Origin: Candidatus Ryanbacteria bacterium RIFCSPLOWO2_12_FULL_44_26
Lineage (GTDB): Bacteria > Patescibacteriota > Minisyncoccia > Ryanbacterales > HO2-45-13
NCBI GenBank assembly: GCA_001821765.1
Contig: MHOA01000002.1
Location: 3,141-67,140 of the forward strand
Length of the DNA stretch: 64,000 bases
Reading direction: 5' to 3'
Both the position numbers and the translations under genes were made by a program. This document shows, in pieces, positions 28,741 through 36,081 of this stretch. A model generated the notes under the pieces. That model did no database searches. It was not told the DNA's origin and saw only the letters and a list, made by a program, of their open reading frames with translations. Numbering within the stretch: the first letter of the stretch is position 1; each line of letters begins with the position of its first letter.

Positions 28741-29985
28741 TTGCGATTGCAACAAAAAACCTTCAAAAACGGACTGAAGGCAGTGTTAGTACCTTTTAAA
28801 AGTTCTGCGGCCGGCATTACATTTGGAGCTGACTGCCATATCGGGAAGGATTTCTTTAACACTATCCATGAAAGGCACATTCTCGAACATATCATGAGCC
28901 GCGCTACAAAGCGCCATCCAAGCTGGGAATCACTATGCCGGTATAGCGAAGGATTCTGTGAAGAATTCAATGCCGAAACAGACCGAAGCAGCATTATCTT
29001 TCACTGTAAGACGACAAAACAGCACTTGGCAAAAACAATAGGATTCATGTCGGAAATTGCCCTTTTGCCGCATATAACCGCTACTCATGTCAACTATGAA
29101 CGGAAACGCATAGCCGAAGAAGCGTGGGAGATCGATGTTGTTGAAAACGGACTTTTTGGACGCATGGACTGTTCCGTAGATAACGCGGCAATACACAACA
29201 TAAAAGACGCCGAACTTGCAAGAAAACTACGGGGGCTGCATCGCCGTCTGTTTACAGGACATCGCTCTGTCATTGCCATTGCTGGTGATTTTGACCAGAA
29301 AAAAGCAAATGAGGTTCTTGAGAAAAAGTTTCAATCACTAAAAACGGGAACAAAATCATACTGGGAGCCGTACGAATACACAGCGCTTCAGGGAAAGATG
29401 ATGTTGGATATCAAGAAAGAAGAAAAAATAGACCTCACGATCGCTTTCCCGACATTTGGGTTTACCGATCCTGACCGCTTCACCATGAGCGTTATTAGAA
29501 ATCATCTGGTATCCCGCTACAGTTCCCGCTTCGGAATCCGATTAGAGAGCGTCGGTGCGGGAAGTATCGGAGATACGCTGTGGTTTTGGAAAGATGCCGG
29601 TTACTTCGCTATGCACATTTCAATGTTGAGTGAGCATTTTTTCCGCATCCTTTCTGTAGTCTTTGAAGAAATAAACCTGCTGAAAGAAAAACTTATTGAA
29701 CCGGAGGACCTCGAACAGGCGGTAAACAACATTAACGTGCGCGGAAAAATACGATTCAGTGAGCCCCTTGAAACGAGTAAATTCTACGCCCGCCAAGTAA
29801 TCAATCACGGAAGAGCGGTTTCACTCAGAGCATATCAGCAGCAGATTCAGCAAGTTACGAGACCAGCGATCCGAAAAACTGCAAGAAACATTTTCGTGGA
29901 AAGCAGAATGGTGCTGCATGCCGACGGCCCGCTGCGCGGAGTGCGTAAGAACGACATAAGAAAGGCGCTATGGCCTGCTATCTAA
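28741..29985 (+). CDS. Divergent M16 family peptidase-like protein
   Basis: KNGLKAVLVP, HILEH, FNAET, IAIAGDFD, SSRF, DAGYF; TTG start after agggagga. Confidence 0.8.
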   Translation: MRLQQKTFKNGLKAVLVPFKSSAAGITFGADCHIGKDFFNTIHERHILEHIMSRATKRHPSWESLCRYSEGFCEEFNAETDRSSIIFHCKTTKQHLAKTIGFMSEIALLPHITATHVNYERKRIAEEAWEIDVVENGLFGRMDCSVDNAAIHNIKDAELARKLRGLHRRLFTGHRSVIAIAGDFDQKKANEVLEKKFQSLKTGTKSYWEPYEYTALQGKMMLDIKKEEKIDLTIAFPTFGFTDPDRFTMSVIRNHLVSRYSSRFGIRLESVGAGSIGDTLWFWKDAGYFAMHISMLSEHFFRILSVVFEEINLLKEKLIEPEDLEQAVNNINVRGKIRFSEPLETSKFYARQVINHGRAVSLRAYQQQIQQVTRPAIRKTARNIFVESRMVLHADGPLRGVRKNDIRKALWPAI

Positions 29986-30020
29986 ACGGCCCGTCCATCG
30001 CATGAGCGGGTCGTTTTTAT
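29986..30020 (+). terminator. Intrinsic terminator
   Basis: acggcccg / cgggtcgt followed by a T run. Confidence 0.65.
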
Positions 30021-30117
30021 TCCATTGAAAACTGTCCGATATGTTCGGGTAAAAAACGCAAAGGAGACTCCTTGTATATATTATAAAAACTATTACCATG
30101 AAATAAGGAGGTGCACC

Positions 30118-30435
30118 TTGTCTATACGTAACGAAATACAAGACGCCCTTTTTATTATCGGGGAAATTAGGCGTAATGCGTTAAGCATCATTCGGCATCC
30201 TCCCACATTCGCCTCTTCGGATCTCTCGGAGTATAAGTACGGAGAGACAAACGAACAACTTTCCTGCTATAACGGAGAACGGTATTGCGCTCACTGCCAC
30301 CGCGATGTCAAAGTTCTTGCGATAAAGAATAACGACGGCTCCGGAAATTCGTTTCAGTGCAGAGAGTGTTTCAACCTTCTGCCGCCGTCGGGGGCAACGC
30401 GTGGAGGTATGCAGGAAAACCGAAAGCATGTTTAA
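30118..30435 (+). CDS. Hypothetical zinc-ribbon protein
   Basis: AAGGAGGT SD before TTG at 30118; CAHC...CREC cysteine pairs. Confidence 0.7.
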   Translation: MSIRNEIQDALFIIGEIRRNALSIIRHPPTFASSDLSEYKYGETNEQLSCYNGERYCAHCHRDVKVLAIKNNDGSGNSFQCRECFNLLPPSGATRGGMQENRKHV

Positions 30436-30443
30436 CGCCTACG

Positions 30444-30486
30444 AGAAGCCCCGCCTGACATTCCAAAAAGGCAGGGCTTCTTTATT
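30444..30486 (+). terminator. Intrinsic terminator
   Basis: agaagccccgcct / aggcagggcttct followed by ttatt. Confidence 0.6.
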
Positions 30487-30564
30487 GTAAAAAATCAAGA
30501 CGACCAGTAATAATAAGCGAGAATGAATGCCGACGGGTTTTGTTCTCTACATCAACCTTACAAT

Positions 30565-30939
30565 TCACTCTTTATTGTTTTTCCTCTCTCGAATAAAGGA
30601 AATAAAATAATCTTCCAGTATCTTTTCATCGTTGGGGCTTATCGTCCCTTGCAAATACCGTAACTCTAAGTCTAAAAGCTGTTTCTTTTCATCTTCAGGG
30701 ATGTCGCTCCTAGATGATACATGCTCAAAAAAACTCACGAGGTCCGGGTGGTCTTTGCTTAACCGAAGCATTTCTGATACGCCGAGCCGCTTTACATCCA
30801 AACGCCCGTCGGCATGACGTTCTCTTAGTTCTTGCTCGGCTAACTCAAATTCCTCACGCAACCTCTTTTCATGATCACCGCCTGTTTCCTCAAACGCTTC
30901 CCGGCTGCCGAAACCTCCTTCAACATTACTTATGGTCAT
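30565..30939 (-). CDS. Hypothetical acidic protein
   Basis: 124-aa ORF with TATAAT 6 nt before the ATG. Confidence 0.7.
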   Translation of the reverse strand: MTISNVEGGFGSREAFEETGGDHEKRLREEFELAEQELRERHADGRLDVKRLGVSEMLRLSKDHPDLVSFFEHVSSRSDIPEDEKKQLLDLELRYLQGTISPNDEKILEDYFISFIRERKNNKE

Positions 30940-31004
30940 ATGCCCATTATACAGTGGCCCGGCATTCGTTAAAAATGCACACGAAACTTAAAAGCGAATT
31001 GAGC

Positions 31005-31045
31005 AAAAAGAGAAAGCCCGGAGAGTAAAACCTCTCCGGGCTCTT
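31005..31045 (-). terminator. Intrinsic terminator
   Basis: agcccggagag / ctctccgggct, followed on the minus strand by ttctcttttt. Confidence 0.7.
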
Positions 31046-31062
31046 GTCCGATCTTAGTCGGA

Positions 31063-31347
31063 CTACGGGAGAACCGCCGGGTGCGGCGAATGTCCATTGC
31101 TCATCCAAAGAGGAGCAATGTGACGGATGGGAAGAGAAGAAGATTCGTATGCCTCTTTCCATTCGCCCACACACGGCACTTTTACTTCATGCCCTTGCCC
31201 GTCAACACCAATTACAATCCGGTAACAGCCAACATCGGCCGCCACCTCTGCAAAGGGGTAACGGGAAGGGATGTGACGCACCAAAAAGAAAAATAACAAG
31301 GTGGTAATCAGGATGCCGAAAAGCATCAATATCATACTATCTTTCAT
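31063..31347 (-). CDS. Small membrane-anchored hypothetical protein
   Basis: GGAGG SD, MKDSMILMLFGIL TM segment; TTGACA-17-TACTAT promoter at 31407-31379. Confidence 0.7.
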   Translation of the reverse strand: MKDSMILMLFGILITTLLFFFLVRHIPSRYPFAEVAADVGCYRIVIGVDGQGHEVKVPCVGEWKEAYESSSLPIRHIAPLWMSNGHSPHPAVLP

Positions 31348-31511
31348 GAGACACTCCTCCAAATGAACATCTGTAAGAATAGTAACATATACAATTATAT
31401 ATGTCAATAGTTTGGGGCGGCTCGGCATTGCCGTAAAGCAGAAGGAATAAAAAACGCTTGCAACATTTATTGAAAGGGTTTTTCTCAAGATATTCCTACG
31501 GAAGTCTCTCG

Positions 31512-31540
31512 TTGACAACAATATCACAAACATATACACT
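31512..31540 (+). promoter_or_regulatory. infC operon promoter
   Basis: TTGACA-17 nt-TACACT. Confidence 0.65.
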
Positions 31541-31578
31541 GTCTGCATTAATCAATATAAAACACAAAAACTTTAGCT

Positions 31579-32178
31579 ATACAGCATCCTCGCATTAACA
31601 ATCAGATACAAGCTCAGGAACTTCGGGTTATCACTGAAGAGGGAACAAATCTGGGGATTATAAAACTTGAAGAAGCCCTCAAACGCGCTCAAGCAAGCGG
31701 GCTGGATCTTATTGAAGTCGCCGCGAAAGCAAATCCTCCCGTCGCGCGTCTCATGGACTTCAGCAAATATAAATACCAGAAGGAAAAAGAAGAACGTGCC
31801 TCGCGGAAAAAGATCAAGGAGATAGGAATAAGGGGCATACGGGCACGCCTTACCATCTCGCAGCACGATATGGGGTTGAAAGCAAAAAAGGCGGAAGAAT
31901 TTTTGCAAAACGGCGACCGTGTCCGGTTTGAGCTCATTCTCAGAGGCCGCGAGAAGGGACTGAGAAAAGAATTTATCAACGAACGACTCCAGTTAATGCT
32001 CGCGGCCATCACCATACCATATGAAATTGCTGATGGCCCGAAGAGAGGACCGAGAGGATTGGTTGTAACTATATCACCACAACATCATGCCAAAAACAAA
32101 CAAGGCGGTGGCAAAACGAATCAAAGTGACACGGAGAGGGAAAATTCTAAAACGACCTCCTCGCCAAAACCACTTTAA
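31579..32178 (+). CDS. infC: Translation initiation factor IF-3 (non-AUG start)
   Basis: The frame extends upstream of ATG 31753 as RINNQIQAQELRVI..G.NLG...GLDLIEVA..ANPPVARLMDFSK. There is no ATG/GTG/TTG between the stop at 31558-31560 and that region, so the start is ATA 31579 or ATT 31594. Confidence 0.92.
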   Translation: MQHPRINNQIQAQELRVITEEGTNLGIIKLEEALKRAQASGLDLIEVAAKANPPVARLMDFSKYKYQKEKEERASRKKIKEIGIRGIRARLTISQHDMGLKAKKAEEFLQNGDRVRFELILRGREKGLRKEFINERLQLMLAAITIPYEIADGPKRGPRGLVVTISPQHHAKNKQGGGKTNQSDTERENSKTTSSPKPL

Positions 32179-32275
32179 CGCAAAAGAACGAGGAACGAAG
32201 CAACTCCAGAAAAAGGGTTGGGAAAGGTTTGATAATGGGGCAAAAGTCGTGCGGAAGTATATGCCCTACAATTAA
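32087..32275 (+). CDS. rpmI: 50S ribosomal protein L35
   Basis: MPKTNKAVAKRIKVTRRGK...H; lies between infC and rplT. Confidence 0.92.
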   Translation: MPKTNKAVAKRIKVTRRGKILKRPPRQNHFNAKERGTKQLQKKGWERFDNGAKVVRKYMPYN

Positions 32276-32406
32276 AGGGGTTTTTTGCGGTAAACGTACA
32301 TGTAACCAAGAACCATTTTCACAAGAATAAATATGATAACAAGTCAAATAATAATGAATAACAACAATATCCTTCTGCGCACGCTGGCAGATCAGCACAC
32401 TTTGGC

Positions 32407-32766
32407 ATGCCGCGAGTAAAACGAGGCACAACTTCATTAAAACGCCGACGAAATATCCTAAAACAAACGAAAGGATATCGTTGGGGTCGTAAATCAAAAG
32501 AGCGGGCAGCCCGTGAAGCTCTGCTGCACGCCTATACGCACTCTTTTCATGACAGGAGAAAAAAGAAAGGAGACTTTAGAAAACTTTGGAACATTAAAAT
32601 AAGCGCGGCAGCAAATGAGCGCAATATTTCCTACAGCCGCCTTATCAATCTTCTTAAAAAAACAAACATTCGGCTTAACCGCAAAATGCTTGCGGAGCTT
32701 GCTGAACATCATCCAAAAGCTTTTGATGCGGTTGTAAAAGAAACAACAAAAAAGCTCTCTTTATAA
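32407..32766 (+). CDS. rplT: 50S ribosomal protein L20
   Basis: MPRVKRG, DRRKKKGDFRKLW, LNRKMLAELA. Confidence 0.97.
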   Translation: MPRVKRGTTSLKRRRNILKQTKGYRWGRKSKERAAREALLHAYTHSFHDRRKKKGDFRKLWNIKISAAANERNISYSRLINLLKKTNIRLNRKMLAELAEHHPKAFDAVVKETTKKLSL

Positions 32767-32778
32767 GAGCTTTTTTGT
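32750..32778 (+). terminator. Terminator after rplT
   Basis: aaaagctct / agagctttttt. Confidence 0.65.
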
Positions 32779-32821
32779 TATGTGTTATTCTGCCCTATCT
32801 TTCAGAACGTTCTACTGCCAC

Positions 32822-32854
32822 AAAAAAACAGGGCTTTCTCTTGAAAGCCCTGTT
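32822..32854 (-). terminator. Intrinsic terminator
   Basis: Perfect 12-bp aacagggctttc/gaaagccctgtt followed by a T run on the minus strand. Confidence 0.8.
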
Positions 32855-33025
32855 AGAGCTATACCGTCTCCGCCGACGGTGTAGCTCTGTAAATTGACAC
32901 CTAGGAGGATCACTCCCCCTAGGTGCACTTCCGTGCCCAACGTATCCGCACCATAGGTACGGACTAACAACACCAGAAAGCCGGTACCCACCGTCGGGGT
33001 TAGGCACAGGAAGGTCCAACTCTGC
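32822..33025 (-). ncRNA. Candidate structured ncRNA of unknown family
   Basis: Upstream TTGACA-16-TACCCT; multibranch fold with G.U pairs on the minus strand, two further hairpins and an intrinsic terminator. Confidence 0.6.
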
Positions 33026-33187
33026 TTTCAGGGTATGCGTCCCAAGGGATTTGTCAAGCGCAACTATACGCGAACGCTCACGTTTCCGATTCTTGACTCG
33101 CTTGGGTGTTTGGGCATCATCTCACTTACCAAAAGCGGTTGGCACACGCTTCCTCCAGACATTGCCAACCTACACCAAATCTACACA

Positions 33188-34912
33188 TCACTTCAGCGAT
33201 TTTAAAAAACTTCTTAGCGGCCTCGTATTTAAAACATCTTTCTTTTCCAAACCTCCCCGGCGCGCCTGACCGATCCCGTATTCTAAAAGTTGAAAATCTT
33301 TTTTTGAATGAGCATCGGTGCTGATAACAAATTTCGCGCCCATCTGTTTTGCTTTTCTGATATACTCGCCTTTTAAATCAAGCCGCATTGGATGGGCATT
33401 GATCTCAAGCGCTGTGCCCGTGCGGCGGGCGGCCTTGAAGATTTGTTCCATATCAAGTTCTACCGGTTCTCTTTTATTAATGAGACGCGCAGTTGGATGA
33501 AAGAGAATATCAACATGCGGATTTTCCATCGTTTTTATAACACGCTTCGTCTGATCTTTTCTAGATAATTGAAAATGCGAATGAATCCCCGCCCCGACAA
33601 CATCCAGTTTTTTAAGCACTGTATCTGCAATATCTAAAGACCCGTCTTTCATAATGTTTACTTCAGCGCCGCTAAGAATAGAGATGCCTCTTATTTTTTT
33701 ATTTACGCGCTTAATCTCCTTTATCTGTTTTAAAAGTCTTTTTTCATCAGATCCGCCGGTCATCGGAAGACCTTTTGTGTGATCAGTGATCGCAATATAT
33801 GCATGTCCCATCGCGCGGGCTTCCTTCGCCATTTCCTCAATGGTATCGGAGCCGTCCGTCCAAAACGTCTGCACCTGCAGGTCCCCCTTAAGGTCTCCGA
33901 TTGTAATAAGACGAGGGAGCTTTTTTCTTTTCGCAAGTTCAATCTCGCCAACATTCAGACGCATCTCGGGAGGAGGACACTGCATGCCAAGCGCTTTATA
34001 GATTTCCTCCTCCGTTTTACCGGCAATGCTCCTTTGACGCTTTCCCTTCCCTGTAAAGAGGCCGTACTCATTCAATTTATATCCTTTTTCAATAGCAATT
34101 TTTCTAAGCTTAATATTATGGCTCTTATTGCCCGTAAAATACTGAAGAGCCGCACCGAACGATTCACGGGGAACAATGCGCAAATCAACATCAATGCCGG
34201 GCCTGAACCGTACCATCGTTTTTGTGAGTCCTTTTGCATACACATGAGTTACTTCCGGCATGGAACTGAAAAAATCCATGACTTGTTTAGGAGCATTGGA
34301 AACAACAAGAATATCAATATCGCCTATCGTTTCCTCCCAACGCCTCATAGAACCGGCGGCTTCGGCAAGTAAGACTACGTCCATCTCCTGCAGTTTCCTT
34401 ACAATCGAGCGCGCAACGGGGAATGCCTCTCCTAAAGACATCCTCCCCCGGCTTTTTTTATAAAACGCGATGCCGTCAAGAATCTTTTTCTCCGACTTTA
34501 CGCCAAAGTGGGGAAGGGTTCGGATTTTACCCATTTGCGCTGCACGCTCAAGACTGTCAATATCCTTGATGTGGAGTTTATCGTACAGCATTTTCACCAT
34601 ATGAGGCCCCACCCCTTCAATAGAAGTAAGCGCTCGTAAATCCACCGGGAGTTTTTTCTTGAGTTTTTCATAGTCTCTCATATGGCCCGTTTTGATATAC
34701 TCCTCAATGCGTTCGGCAATTCCTCTTCCAACGCCCGCAATTTCTTCCAGCGCTTTTAAGCCGCCGGCTTTATAAAGATCGCTGATATCTTTGTCCAGCA
34801 TACTAATAGCCATTGCCGCTTTTTCGTACGCGCGTGGTTTAAAAGGAACGCGCTTCATCTCCAAAAGTTCAGAAAATTCTTTTAATATGTTTGCTATTTC
34901 CTGATTAAACAT
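33188..34912 (-). CDS. polX: DNA polymerase X / PHP-domain protein
   Basis: AGSMRR..TIGDIDIL, VDLR, YFTG.K.HN, LNEYG; C-terminal PHP (ITDH, EINA, STDAH). Confidence 0.94.
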   Translation of the reverse strand: MFNQEIANILKEFSELLEMKRVPFKPRAYEKAAMAISMLDKDISDLYKAGGLKALEEIAGVGRGIAERIEEYIKTGHMRDYEKLKKKLPVDLRALTSIEGVGPHMVKMLYDKLHIKDIDSLERAAQMGKIRTLPHFGVKSEKKILDGIAFYKKSRGRMSLGEAFPVARSIVRKLQEMDVVLLAEAAGSMRRWEETIGDIDILVVSNAPKQVMDFFSSMPEVTHVYAKGLTKTMVRFRPGIDVDLRIVPRESFGAALQYFTGNKSHNIKLRKIAIEKGYKLNEYGLFTGKGKRQRSIAGKTEEEIYKALGMQCPPPEMRLNVGEIELAKRKKLPRLITIGDLKGDLQVQTFWTDGSDTIEEMAKEARAMGHAYIAITDHTKGLPMTGGSDEKRLLKQIKEIKRVNKKIRGISILSGAEVNIMKDGSLDIADTVLKKLDVVGAGIHSHFQLSRKDQTKRVIKTMENPHVDILFHPTARLINKREPVELDMEQIFKAARRTGTALEINAHPMRLDLKGEYIRKAKQMGAKFVISTDAHSKKDFQLLEYGIGQARRGGLEKKDVLNTRPLRSFLKSLK

Positions 34913-35139
34913 ATAAAAATGCGCTTATGCGCTAATCCGTCTTTCATGTAATCCCCAACAATCGCGAATACGTTTTTCACTAATCAACTGTTCGCTCTGC
35001 CGCTCATATTCTCTTATACAATTTCGCGATGATTCGGGTTTTGGGCTTGAAAAAAGATTGATAACCTAACCAATCCTTTTATTATATCACCAACCACTTT
35101 CCTCTCTTTTATTTTTAAATATCATGGCTTTTGCCGCAG

Positions 35140-35148
35140 TTATCCACA
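35140..35148 (+). promoter_or_regulatory. Perfect DnaA box upstream of the polX promoter
   Basis: TTATCCACA; polX extended -10 TGATATAAT at 35089-35081 on the minus strand. Confidence 0.45.
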
Positions 35149-35213
35149 GCAGCGCCTTGAGAACTATTTTATGAGTACCGGAAAAATGATATTCTTATAT
35201 CAGAACATAGATC

Positions 35214-35315
35214 TGAAAAGTGTTGATAGCGCGCGGAGGTAATAATGGTCCGTACTAAAAAGACACGATACGTCATGTATCACTAAACCCTCCCACACGC
35301 CATCAACACTTCTCA
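35214..35315 (-). ncRNA. Candidate structured RNA hairpin
   Basis: About 26-bp stem whose four non-canonical pairs are all G.U on the minus strand. Confidence 0.45.
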
Positions 35316-35344
35316 TACCGAACCCTTACAACTGCAAACCCAAG

Positions 35345-35383
35345 AAGGAGCCTCCGTGTGTTACATGGGGGCTTTCGTTTTTT
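35345..35383 (+). terminator. Plus-strand intrinsic terminator with no annotated upstream gene
   Basis: gagcctccgtgt / acatgggggctt followed by tcgtttttt. Confidence 0.65.
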
Positions 35384-35430
35384 ATGCAATGCTTAAAAAA
35401 GGACGGCACTTGCTTTTTAGCAACCTTTCT

Positions 35431-36066
35431 TTAGAAAAGGTTTGTTTGACGTGTCGGTTGCGTTTGTTCTAAAGCAGCAGTGCTTTCAACTGCTGTCGGC
35501 TTCACTTTTCCATGAACAATATCCGGCAATTGCTTAAAACTTTCCTTAAACAGATTCATAACCCCCGTTCCCCGAAGCGCCGCTGCAGGATGGAACATAG
35601 GCACAATCATCCTTCCTCCGACATCAAACACCCGGCCCTGGTCTCTCGTTATTTTTGCCTGTGGCAGAAAATAATTCATGGCAAACCTTCCAAGCGTGAC
35701 AATAACCTTGGGGTTTATGATTTCTATCTGACGTTTTACATACGGCTTATATGCTTCAATCTCCTCCGGCAGCGGATCGCGATTATCGGGAGGTCTGCGT
35801 TTTAGGATGTTTGTTATGTACACATCCTCCCGTTTCCACCCTAAAGCCAGAATTTGCTCGGTTAAAAGCTGTCCGCCTCTTCCCACAAAAGGACGTTTTA
35901 AACGATCTTCGTGAAAGCCGGGGGCTTCCCCGATAAACATCAAAGCAGCATTAGGATTTCCCTCGCCGAAAACCACGTTCGCCTCCCTTAAAGGAAGAGC
36001 AGTGTTCTCAACCATTTCCCGCTCCAGCCCCGAAAGCAACTCTTTTTTACGACCGGCATCATTCAT
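35431..36066 (-). CDS. Uracil-DNA glycosylase, family 4-like
   Basis: GEAPG..ED....PFVG, YITN..K.RPP.NRDP, MFHPAAALR. Confidence 0.92.
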   Translation of the reverse strand: MNDAGRKKELLSGLEREMVENTALPLREANVVFGEGNPNAALMFIGEAPGFHEDRLKRPFVGRGGQLLTEQILALGWKREDVYITNILKRRPPDNRDPLPEEIEAYKPYVKRQIEIINPKVIVTLGRFAMNYFLPQAKITRDQGRVFDVGGRMIVPMFHPAAALRGTGVMNLFKESFKQLPDIVHGKVKPTAVESTAALEQTQPTRQTNLF

Positions 36067-36081
36067 GTTTCATCTTTAAAC

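Noticed and set aside
32795-33019. 74-aa minus-strand ORF over the candidate ncRNA
   Set aside because: TTG start with no SD, it runs through a strong terminator, and dense base pairing explains the sequence better.
33100-33170. Resemblance to a fluoride riboswitch (GGCAAUG...GCC AACCGC...GAUGAUGCC)
   Set aside because: The first loop is too long, the pseudoknot is weak and no protein gene lies downstream to regulate.
35140-35148. Replication origin
   Set aside because: Only one DnaA box here, with no cluster, no dnaA/dnaN nearby and no switch in gene orientation.
35200-35385. 6S RNA assignment
   Set aside because: The size fits, but the 5' and 3' ends do not pair into a rod with a central bubble, and stem and terminator favour opposite strands.
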